Below are positions 9,482-20,797 of a DNA stretch of 36,973 bases, in pieces. The position numbers were made by a program, and so were the translations under genes. Position 1 is the stretch's first letter. Each line of letters begins with the position of its first letter. Source of the stretch: Pelomyxa schiedti (lineage: Eukaryota > Protista > Evosea); the NCBI GenBank assembly GCA_020536535.1, contig JAHLWZ010000550.1, positions 1 to 36,973 on the forward strand, read 5' to 3'. The notes below the pieces were generated by a model. The model was not told where the DNA came from. It did not search any database and was given only the letters and a program-made list of their open reading frames with translations.

Positions 9482-12400
9482 TCACAGAGTTGTGGTGGTG
9501 CTTGTTGTTGCTGGAGGAGAGGGGGAGGAGGAACACTGCTGCTGCACTGTTGTGGCTCTTCGAAGGAACAACTTGAGGTCATTGAGGGGGTCCTTGCCTG
9601 TGGCTTCTGGCGGCGCGGTCACCTGGCCCAGCTTCTCCCGCTCTTCCAGCTTGTGAAGGGCACACTGAGGGCGCGTACCCAGGTGCGAAACAACTCCATT
9701 GTTCTCGGTGACCGAGGCCTTCTTGAAAAACTCGGCAGCGGCATTCCTGACATCGGTGGAGTAACTGGAATCAAGAAGTGCAAGAACCGGGTCAGGTCCA
9801 TCTGATGGCCAAAGGTGCAGCCTTGAATGGAATGAATGCGGGGAAAAAGAAAGGGAAACCAACCTTGCTTTGGTGTCAACCTCCATGATGTGCGTCAGCA
9901 TGCGGAGCAGGCGAGCTGTGTTTTCTTCATGTTGTGTATTCAAGAAAAGTGTTCTGGAAGGAGAGAGGAATGTCATGTGAGTGAGCGAGGGGGGTCATCG
10001 AGTTTAAAGACATACGGCAGTATCACTGATGACACGAGTACGAGGCTCAGAGTCCGATCACTTTCCGTGATTCCACCCGCGGTGGTAATGCCTTCAAGGG
10101 TGTCGAGGCAGGTGTTGAAAATTTCGCCGCTGGCTGTTCCAATTGCCTGAAACAACAGAAAGGAAAGATAAGAAGGGATTGGCGGCAAAGGAAATCCAAA
10201 ACCTGGGCCATGAATTCAATGACGGCTGCAGTTGCCGTTTCGCTGCCTTTGCACAGGCACCGGACTATATGTTTAACATCATCAGCACTGATTTTTGGTC
10301 CGAGACTTGACAGAAGATTCACGAGGAACTGCGTTTTTTATTTTGTTTGTGTTTAAATTTTTTGAGGAGAGAATTGGTCTCACCTTCTTCTTTACAACCG
10401 CAGTTGGATGTGACATCAAAGCTTCAAGTGCAAAAAGATATACGAAATCACCCTGAGGGTCGCTGCCCAATTGGCCGCTCATGGAAAATAACATCTGAAC
10501 AGTTTGCCTTCCGCAAAAGATCCGCCTCTGTGTAAATTGTTTCAGCGGGTTGAGTTCAACAACAACAAAAAAAAAAAAAGCAAAAACCTACTCCTTTTTC
10601 GTCCAGCCCATCAGCTGCAAAGTCGAAGATGAATTTGAAGTACTGCGAACACCATGATTGTTTACCCTGTTTCACGAGCTCTTTTACTTGAGCGGGATGC
10701 ACTAAAGTAAGCACAAGATCGATTAAATGGAGGGTTCCAAGGCCCATCTCCTTTTGTTGGGGAAGAGTTAAAACAAAAAGGAATGCATGGGCATCAAGGA
10801 AGACGCACCGGATTTGACGTATTCAAACAATTTGGTGTCTCTGACTTCGCCGCGGCAGTCACAAGGAATTTGACAAATCCCATGTAAGCAGCATCAGTGT
10901 TATTGCTCAATTGTAGAGTATATGCGTTGTCTTCTTCTATTCTAGAGTTGATGGTCTCCGGTATCTTCACGCCAGAGTTTGAAACCTGCGGTTGCTGAAG
11001 CTCCTCTTCCTGTGTGCTGCCACACTTTTCATAGAACAGGATGTATGCAGTATCTCTAGAGAAGGGAAAAAAAGGATGTGTTATAATTACTGTTCACAAG
11101 GAAGAAGAAAGGGTAACACACCTTGGAATGAACATTCCGTTTGTGGTTTCTTTCCATCCTCCAAAGCATGTTTCTGATAGTTCCTGAAAAAAATCGTTAA
11201 AATAATGGAAGCCCACAGTCACATTACATACTGCAATATTGAATGGCTTCACGGTGTTGTCATTAAACAGTAGCCAATTTCCCTGTGATGAATCTTGTTC
11301 TCGAATAATGCTGTAGTAGTGACCTTCATTTGGCGTGTCACCACTGTGCACTATCACCCCAACTAGGCGATACAACACAGCACCAGGTACATGGATTCCC
11401 ACTGGACTCGTGGTTGTAGATGCTTCTTCTTCAGCAACAGCAGCTGCTGTGCTATGCGCTGCCTTTGTATCCCATAATCCTCGGAGGCAGAGTGAGTCCT
11501 TGGTGGTGAATGGAGCCATGTCAAGTTCCATCGGGACTTTGAACTCGTCGTGGAGCTTCATCTGCTTTTTGCCTGAGCTTGTAAACCACTCACAGTGCAG
11601 GATGAGAGTGGCAGGGAACTCCTCCAATGAGTAGCCTTTGAGTGCGTCGACCTTGTTGAAAGTGAAGGTGCGTAGTTTGTTAATTCAATTCAAAACAACA
11701 ATGAAGTAGACACGAACCAGTTTATTGCAGGTATTGCATTGGTACCCAGTACCACCTTCAACTTCATTTTCGTTCACAGAGATATTGGCAAGGCTAAAGT
11801 ACTTGGAGAGTGACACCGCGGTAGTGGCCATGTCACGCACTTCCAGTTGAAGTGCGTAGAAGGGCCAATGTTGATCCGAGGTTTTCTCGCACACTTTGCA
11901 TTTGATACGTTGGCACTGCTTTCCTCCAAAACACTCGTGGAGTATATCCTACCAATGACAGTCAGCAAAAGTGAAGTTGGTTGTATAATATTGTATGTTT
12001 TTTGTTTGCATGTTTGTATGTGATGTATGTAAGTGGATTAATTAAAGAAGTGATTATCCACCGAATTATTCGCAGCTTTTATCTCAGCAGTTAGACCATC
12101 ACGAAGTTGAGTGAAGAATTCATCAACATCCATCTGCCTAGACAAGTCTATGGGAATCCCACTTTTCCTGAGGGCATTGCAGAGCCCTCTTGGATCAATG
12201 CACTCCCTCCCACTTTTCATAAGTCCACCAAAGAGGAGTTGCACCTGGTAGAGTATGGAATCATCCAGTGCCTCTTTCGACGAAGGAGGCAGCTTAGACT
12301 CAAGAATGCTGTACTTTTTGTTTTTGTTTTTGTTTTTACGTGCGTGAGAGGTGAGAGTAGACCACTGGGAGGTGGATGGCACTTCATTACTAACCTGCGT

Positions 12401-13622
12401 CTGAATGGAACATTCATGTATAGCTGTTGCACCAATGCATTTATGTAGCAAGTGGCTCCGAGGTTACAAAGCCCCACATAGGTGTTAGAAGAAGACTTCA
12501 ACTTCAGTGGCGAATTCTCCCATATAGGCCTGTGTACAGGACTGTTTTGTTCAATCACAAGATCAATAACTTTCCACAGGCTGGTCGGTCTATCGCCACA
12601 CAAAAGGCCCACCAGGGAAAGTGCAGCCCGGCGTAGTGTAGGTGTCTGATGAGTAAATAAATAAATGATTGAAAGATAAAGTTCTGGTACGTTTCCAGAT
12701 GAGAGATCATCACCAATATTTGATTTCCTTGATACACAGTATTTCTTCCAAACTTCATCAATCAAGCGGGACCTTTTTGATCAGACAGACTGTTGTTAAT
12801 ACAATAATAGTTCCTTAGTATCTATAGCTGTGAAGGGAAACAGGGTGTGTTTATTCTATTCTATATATCTACGAGGGTCTGGGCTGGTTTTTACCGGACA
12901 AGTTCTGCATTGTCAGTCTCGCCGATTTGGTTAAGGTTATGGAGTTCTGCGCGACACAAACTCATGATGGAATTTGAACACGCCCCCTCTCCCACACCCA
13001 TTCCCTTTCCTTCTGCGTACCCCAATAGCTGCCGCTCAACCTCGCCGATGATAGTGGGTGTTTTCTTTGCCCACTTGGGTGGCGCTGGGAGCACCGCTAC
13101 GCTGCCCCCCCTCGCCGCGGCCGGCATGCTGCCGGTGCCCCCCCTGGCAGCCGCTGGTTCCCCCCCCCTGGGGTGTTTTTGTGCCGTTTGCCAGCAGCTG
13201 CTGCAGCTGCGATTGCTGTGCCGCTTCAGTGGTAGCACCACCGCCCCCTCCGGATCACCCACGTCGCCCTCGCCCTCCTGCTCCTGGTCCGGACCCCCAT
13301 CGCGGTGCGCCTCGTGCCCACGGCCCTCCCCCCCCACGCCGCTCACTGCAGCGTCCTCTTCGTCCTCGTCCTCGTCATCTTGGTCCACCACGTGGCCCGG
13401 CGCCCGCTCCCGCTCCCGCGCCAGTGCCCGTGCCTCCCGGTAGTGGTGCTCCGCCCTCGGGGGTGGTGGGGCCGTTGCGCCACCCTCGCCCCTGCCTTCC
13501 CTTGTCGGTGCCGCCCCCATCCCCCCATGAGGCCCATGCACGCTGCTGCTGTTGCCGGCCGTGCTGGCGCCCCCCTCGGCGTGCTGCGGGAACCTAACGG
13601 GCACGAACCGGTTGTAGGGCAT
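9482..13622 (-). CDS. Ubiquitin carboxyl-terminal hydrolase (USP, peptidase C19; USP9/24/34-like), multi-exon
   Basis: Cys box YVGLCNLGATCYINALVQQLY, QMDVDEFF, Zn-finger YQCNTC, His box YRLVGVIVHSGDTPNEGHYYSII..WLLFNDNTV. GC-rich first exon (MPYNRF.., 13622) joined by intron 12773-12894 to give ..ELVRSRLIDEVW... Ends are approximate. Confidence 0.92.
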
Positions 13623-13691
13623 TGTGCGTGGCCGCACTTTGTGAGTGTGAAGATAAAAAAAAAAAAAAACATACATCAAGCCCCCTACGAT

Positions 13692-13713
13692 GACGACGAC
13701 GACGACGACGACT
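13692..13713. repeat. (GAC)n trinucleotide repeat in the short divergent intergenic region between the USP gene and family member C
   Basis: gacgacgacgacgacgacgact, preceded by a poly-A run. Confidence 0.85.
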
Positions 13714-13746
13714 ACAGTGTCCAACGATACAGTGGTCCTCAACAGC

Positions 13747-14826
13747 ATGAACCCATTTGACGAGGCGGATATCACGGGCAGGGCGAAGTTCTGCCGTGTG
13801 TTCTCGGGTCTCGGCCTAAACGTCCCAACAGACGTGTTCGAAGCCGTGGTCACCTCCACGTTCGTTGCATCTGTGTGAGCCGTTTTATTCTTCTTCTTTC
13901 TGGTTTCCTTCTCTACCCTTTTCATTCTCTTTGTAATCGTAACCATCGCAGTGTTGGTGTGTCGCTGTACACACCTGTTGCGGCTGGTACTGGGCTCTCT
14001 GGTTTCATCTTGGAACTGATGGATGAGCCACCAGGCTCCCTGGCAATCACAATCAATGGCAAAACCTACGTTGGCTCGAAGCTGAGCATGGAATGGCTCC
14101 AGAATAACCGCAAATGGTTTTTTGTACCCCAGAGCCCCCCACACAATGGGACCGAACCCGACGGCTGTGGATCCATCCTCTCCGAAGCGCCGTCTGAGCC
14201 ACCAATGCCGAGGCCGAGGAAGCCCATCAACCTCCTTCCTGTCAGTGACTCTGTGCTCCCCAACAACGATGACGATTGTACCTCTGTTTCACGCCCAAGA
14301 GGATCATCTGTGCAGAATCTCTTGCAGCAACTTCACAACGCCCTTCTCATGGAAGCACGCTGCAACGCATCAGCGTTCCAGGTGTGCTACACCCCACCAA
14401 ACCAACCCACCCACCCTTAGTCCTTATCTAAATAACCAACCATTGAAGGAACCAACATCAGAGACCACACAGGGGGGCCCAGAGGCACCGCCCCCCTCGA
14501 GCCGCGAGGCTGAACTCAACGCGGCAATGAGCACCTCCAGCAGCACCGCGTTCAAGGCAATGGACATTCTCGCCAAGGCAGTTGCAGAGGGCACAGAAGC
14601 TGCCCAGGTCATGATGTCCACGTGGGAGCGCCAGCAGCGCCGTGGGGAGAAGGACGTTTCCGGCGACTTCAACCGAGCACGCAAGGCGTGGGCGGCTGCC
14701 TTGGCTGCATTCCACAGTGCCTGCCCTCTCATGAATGCAGTCATGCGCCGATTCCTTCTGGCTGACAACGAACCCAAGTATCCCGACAAGGACCACAAGG
14801 CCACCGATGGTGATGGCGGTGAATGA
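13747..14826 (+). CDS. Uncharacterised protein, orphan family member C
   Basis: ATG at 13747 (MNPFDEADITGRAKFCRVFSG..). Phase-2 intron 13875-13951 (GTGAGC..CGCAG) and phase-0 intron 14382-14448 link three ORF segments in frame. Stop TGA at 14824-14826. Similar to members A and B. Confidence 0.75.
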
Positions 14827-15656
14827 GGGTCCCCGAGTCTGCGCAGTGGCGTGACGCCAAAACGCAAAGCAGCCAGAATGGCCCATGAATGTAGTAGTAC
14901 ACAACGCCAGCACCGAAACCAAAAGTTCGTTTGTTGGTAGTTAATACTTTGATGATTCGAATCCCAGAGTTCACGGAAAATGGCACTGGAGTTGCTGGGC
15001 GGGGGCGCGGTGGCGGGTGTTACAATTGCATGTGTATTTGTGGCGGGGGTGTTGTTTACTGTCATCGTCAATGTTGGCAGTAGGTGTTTTGGTGACAGAA
15101 AGTGTGTAACTAACAATCAATCAAGTTTTGTGTCTAACACAAAGGGCAGAAGAAGGAGGAGCAGCGCATGTGGCAAACTGCTGTTTGATAATGATGGACA
15201 CAAACCACGTGGCTGTGGGCAGGTCCGCCTTCTATGCCTCGTAGTACTTGGCCCTCCAGTGGCCTTCGAAATTTTTGCACTCGCTGTGGGTCTAGTACTT
15301 GGCCTTGGTCTGTATTCGTTTTTTTTTCTGTTGTTTGGCTTTGTTTGACTTAACAACAAATTGCATAGCGCCACAAACAGTGGGGATGATGATAGCAGTG
15401 ACCGTTGGGGGAACATTGGGCTTCAGTTGTTGCTGTAGTACTCTCACACTTTGGCTGATTTGGAATGGACTGGATTGGGAAAAGGAGGTTGAATGTCAAC
15501 AGTGTTGAGTCCGGTTATGCACAGGAATGGGGTAAATGTAAAATAAAAAGAGGGTGTAACCCAAAATTCTTGGTTCCAACCATGTGACATTTCCTGTTGT
15601 ATACATGATGTACAGACTTTGCTTGCCATGGGCAGCTCTCAGTATGTGGGAAGTTT

Positions 15657-18600
15657 TTATGTGTCCTCCGGATCAAGGAAATCGTCAAATGACGAGGATG
15701 AATATGAGGAGGATGAGTAGGATGAATTGGTGGATTGTGATGGAGTGGGTGATGGTGTGGTGGACCGGGAGAGGGATGGTGATGGGGATGGTATTGGTGC
15801 TTTTGGTGATGGTGGTGGTAGGCCCAGAACGGAGAGAACTTGGACCGCTATTCCCCGTACTAGGTAGCTGCAGTCATCTGTCGCTAGCTCTGTGACAGTG
15901 GTTTGGAGTTGCTGCAGTGTTGTGGCTGGAATGAAGGAGGATAGCTGAGAGATAACGGAAGTGCTGATCAGGGATGGTGAAGGAGGTGGTGTTGGTGCGG
16001 GTTTCTCTGTTGCAGGGGTGCCGGTAACTGGTTCTTGAGGCTGTGGTGACTTGCTCTTTGCACAGTTTAGCAGTATGAGCAGTATTTTCAGGAGAGTGAC
16101 CCGGCTGAACGGATTTGGGTTCGCAAGTAGCGAGCAAACAACGGGAATTGTGCCTGTTAATCTTGTTTAAACTCCTTAATGTGGAAATGCCAGTACCAGC
16201 ATTGATGAGTCCTTCCGCAAGTCCAGGGCAGCTACTGATTATATTTTGTAGGGGAGTAAGAACTTTCGAAAAGTATCTATCCAACGTGAGTTTGAGAGTA
16301 CGTTGGTAACAAAAGGTATGCACTTCTTTGGCCCATGGATCTCAAATGCCGATTTGAAAATATTTACATGAGAGCTTGACTCGATAAGAGGTCTGATTCG
16401 GTTAGAATCGTGATTGAGCCATCCTGCTACACAGTCACAAGCGTCACCGTACCTTTGATCGGCATGTTAACAGTCGTCATAGGTGGGTGAAACATACCAA
16501 TTTTTGTCAAGGATAAGCTGCAAATATTGCTCGAAGCTGTTATTTTCCCACAGCATCTCACGGGACTGGGGTGAGGCCCACAGTAATTTAAATAACAGTT
16601 GAAGAGCCAATTCCTAATTCAGAAAGTCGGGATATTGAAATATTGGAAAATGTACAGAGCATCCCACCTTTAGCGGGGAGTTGACTGTGATTGTTGAATG
16701 GAGGCATGGGATTAAACCGGCAGCGGCAGCACGTGTAAGATTGGTGGAATTCAGGTTGCACAAATTATAGAGTATATGAAGTGCCTGATTATGCAACTCC
16801 TTTTTTATATTATTTTCAAAAAAAAGAAAAAATTATTCGAGTAGTGACCTTACCCAAACTTTGTCAATTGTAGGGTCATTAAGCCGTAGTAAAAGTACAA
16901 CCGTTTCAATTACACAGGCAAGGGATTCCCGTGTTACAGGATCAGCAGATAAGTTTTGAGTGACCTTTAATGGATAGTGAGCTCTCTCCTTGTATCACCG
17001 GAAAACCTTCATGAGTTTGAGTAAAAAATTCCTCTGATCCAAAATTGTTGCGTTTGGGAAGCCAAGAAGTTTCACCAGTGCTGTTGTTAGGTTGGTTTGA
17101 TTTCAAGACTTGAAGTGTTATACTAGTAAGGTTAGAGTCTGTGCAAAATGTTGCTTTTACAACTGCATTGAAGCTCGAGAAGAAGAATAAAAGATCCACA
17201 ACTTTATTGGCCAGCCTAAGAAAGCTATCAGTACACTACTTGAAGGTTTTTCATACCTTAGGTTCTCTTCTAAATGATCTGTAAATATTTGATGAAGTAT
17301 TTGAAATAGGGTTGCTGTAAAATTGTACTTGATGAATATTTGGCATAAAGCGCTCTTTGGTGTTGATGCCTGTTTGGTGTTGGTTTACCCTAAGTAATTA
17401 ATGGCGAAATACCGGCAACTTAAATACGGAGCAGATGCAATCAATCGCATGGCTTACAATATCTTTCTCCGTGTGAAGGTTGCACAGCAAGAGGGAGCAC
17501 AATACTTCCGGACCTCTGGAAGCAAGTAAGATTGAGATGTTGTCAGGAAACTCACCCGCAGCTCAAGAACAACTTCAAGGTGTTTTTTGAAGTGCATAAC
17601 TGAGACACTGTTTTTCGTAAGGCTACAAAGGTAATAACTACTACTTACCAAAGCTTGCTGCTTCAGTCTTAACGGCCATGGAGCCATTCATTGCAAGTGC
17701 ACTTATAATGGGTATACCACCAAGAAGACAAATTGCAGCTTTCGGAAGTTAAATCGGACTTACAAGAGAGTGTGAAGATACATAGGGTTTCCTTGTGAAT
17801 CCGCACGCATGTATTTAGAAGATGAAGTAAGCCACAAACTACTCTATCATGTTGGCCTCGTAAAGAAGGTGTTGGTGTTTGTTGTAATGTACTAAGAATG
17901 GGTATGATTGGAACTTGATCCTCTAATTTAATTGGGTATCTTACAGTAGTAAAGGGAAAGATGGCTAAAAAGAAACATCATAATAGGATACACCCCAGCA
18001 ATTGGGCCAGTACTTATTAAAAGATAAACTTCGGCAGGGTTTGACTCGAATAAATCACTCTAGATACATAAGATAAAGAGATATGGAACTCTTCACACAC
18101 CAAGGTATTACACGCTTTCAGAGTGAGCTCGCAGTCAGATGATCTTAGTGCTGCAATTTGATCCATAATTTGATTGACTAATCTGTCTCTTCGCACTACG
18201 CGGGTTTGCTCAGCGGAGCCCATGTCGTCATCCCAGTCAGGCTCGTCATCCATGGCAGGCATTTCTTTAAGCCTTAATTTCAGTGTCCCAGTGGAAGGAG
18301 TGCCACTGTCAAGCTTATTGCTGGGGGAGACAACAAGTCCATCCCAGTCATCATTGTCGTCGATTGCAGGATTCGATACAACGGTGTGATGAACGGGACT
18401 CATGGTAATAGCCACAGGTTCTTTTTCAGGTTATAAGCGCAATACTTGGGGATTAGTACTCAACCATCAAAGTCATCCCAGTCATCTTCCGAATCTGAGG
18501 CAAGTTCCACTGGTGCCCAAGCACTTGGCACACTTGGTGCATCTAAAGGAGTTGAGGAGAAGGGAACCTAGGAGAAAAAGTGGCACTTGGTCGGGCCAGA

Positions 18601-20380
18601 AGTTGATCTTTCGATCCCGAACTTCCAGACGCTCTCAAGTTGGACCGGGATGATGACGGAGTTTTCACTTTTGTTGGTTTCTTTGTGGACATTGAAGTTG
18701 CAGTTGCAGGTGAACTCTTGGACGGAGGATCCTTTTTCCTCATGCCACTCTCCTTTCAATAGTGGGAATGCATTACAGAAAATTGAAGCTACCTTTCCAG
18801 AGAGTTGATTGTAGTCCAGAATCTCTTGGGTCATTTGGGAAATGTCAATATCTGCCTGCATGGGTGTCACCAAACTTTGATTTCAAAGAGGTATACCTTC
18901 TTATTTCGAATGTTGTGGCATATCCATGGATGAAGTATTAGTTGGTCAGCTGGAAGTCTAAGGTTTTCATCTTTTTTGAAACAGTGCAGTAAAAAATCCT
19001 CCATGGCCTGAGGGATGATTTTAGTTTGTTAAGACGAGTGTATAAATAAAAGAGTGCTACCAGAGAAATATTTGACGGGAATGGTGGGTGGTCATCCATA
19101 ACAATCCTATTATCGTATCATTAAAAAAGACATTGAAAATAAATAAATTACCTGTACATTGCAGCTTGCATTGGGCAGTCGTGATAAGGTGGATCTCCAG
19201 TTAACAATTCTATGGCAATTTAATTTGGATTTCATTTTGGGCACAAGTACCAATGATTGTACTCCCTAGGGACCAGATGTCACATGCACTTGTAGGGGTC
19301 TGCATCTGTACTACTTCAGGGGCCACTGGTTTTGCATGAGCAATGAAGAAACGGTTAAAAGTTGTGCGCACTCCAACAAGGTGTGCCAGCAATGATATCC
19401 TCAGTCGCAGCTTTTGAAAGTGTATTTTGCCTCATTGCCACTCCAAAATCACTCAACTTGACAGTTCCCTTTGTTGTCAACAACAGATTTGCACCTATAG
19501 AGAAGACAGGTGTGAACAAATTTCCATTGACCATAGCGAATAAGAAAGAGCAGAGTCCAATATGATACCTTTTACTGGGGAAGGGAGGACATGTAAGTGT
19601 CAAGCCAATTTGAAAAAAGGTTTCATTTCCATACTATCTCTGTGAATGACTCCTTGCTCGTGAAGATAAGCTAGCCCCTCTAGGACTTGCGAAACATATG
19701 TGCATACAATATTTTCTGGTAAAATTCCGTAGCGCTTCACTATTGATGAAAGTGAACCGTTTTCTATATATCTATTTTTAGGGGATTATTTTCAAGTTAG
19801 TAGTAGCTTTCCATACTCCATGACTATATAAATGTGAGTGTCTGAAGAAAGGTGCTCTATGTATTTGACGACGTTCTTGTGAGCCATGCAGCGCAGTGTA
19901 TCAATTTCAGTCTGTTGGTTTATTGGCGAAATTAGACTTGGTTATGCATGTTATGAGTACCATCAAAGACTCGGAATGAAACCTTCTGCTCAATTTTTTT
20001 ATTGCTACAAAAAAAATTAAGGGTAGAGGAGTGTGAAAGCGCCAAACCAACAAAGTCCCCTTTAGTTTTCCTCAAAGACTAACCGTGGCAATAAGAATAA
20101 AACTGTAGTGTAACAAAAAGGACTTATACCTTAAACACCACGCCAAAAGAGCCTTTCCCAATAATTTCCAGCATTACCTAGAAGTGAAAAGTGGTCACAA
20201 ACAGCAAGCACTACCGCGAGTATATATAAAAATGCCAAACGGCAGCGTCCCACTACTTACATAGTCCTGAAAGGACTCCTTGTCGTTGAGTGTGTGTTGT
20301 TGCGGCGTCTGCGGCTGTGCCATCTGTCCCACTGTCGTACCCGTCACCGTCACCGTAACCACCGCTCCATTCGTGGACAT
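15657..20380 (-). CDS. STE-group Ser/Thr kinase, Cdc7(S. pombe)/SepA/MAP3K-epsilon type, with C-terminal ARM/HEAT-like repeats; multi-exon
   Basis: Spliced motifs [80 protein letters not shown]. Acidic D-W-D linker. Helical repeats such as [30 protein letters not shown]. Stop TAA 15657-15659. Confidence 0.9.
19569..19574 (-). other. 6-nt micro-exon (TAAAAG) of the kinase
   Basis: Flanked by CCCCAG| and |GTATCA. Required to complete HRD-I-K-G-AN. Confidence 0.88.
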
Positions 20381-20797
20381 CTCCGCCCCCACCACGCGTA
20401 CACACGTATTTTTTTATTTGTTTTCTTTTTGATCTTCGATGTTTCGGCTCTTTGACAAGCCAGGGGATCTACAATCTGCCAATCAACAAAAAGGACTTTG
20501 TTTTCTTTTTCACGTGAAAGAAGCCAAGGTGAACCAGGCACGAGGCTCCAAAAAATACTACCCTGGATTTAGATCCAGGGGAAAGCGTGAACGGAGTTGG
20601 GTGTCAGCAATCTTGACCCATCGCTATATCGCTCATTAGGACAAGAGTGTCACCCCGGACGCTGGATGGATACTGTTTGTATCGTGCCACCGGTCGAGGA
20701 ACACCCGGCCTATGTCCCAGAATATTGTGGGATCTACAATCACAATCTACACAAACCTGCAGTTGCGTTTCGGTTCAATATCGGCACCGGTACGCAA

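Noticed and set aside
12891-14144. 417-aa minus-strand ORF as one gene overlapping member C
   Set aside because: The part above 13622 is antisense to member C and runs through its intron and simple repeats. Only 13622-12895 fits as USP exon 1.
4270-15650. Integrated virus or transposon explaining the orphan-gene region
   Set aside because: No transposase, integrase, RT, polB, capsid or packaging ATPase motifs and no terminal repeats were seen. The genes carry host-type introns.
20597-20797. N-terminal 67 codons of the 493-aa ORF
   Set aside because: The ORF starts at TTG in the divergent promoter region. ATG 20798 (caaATG) followed by MKRR is the more plausible start.
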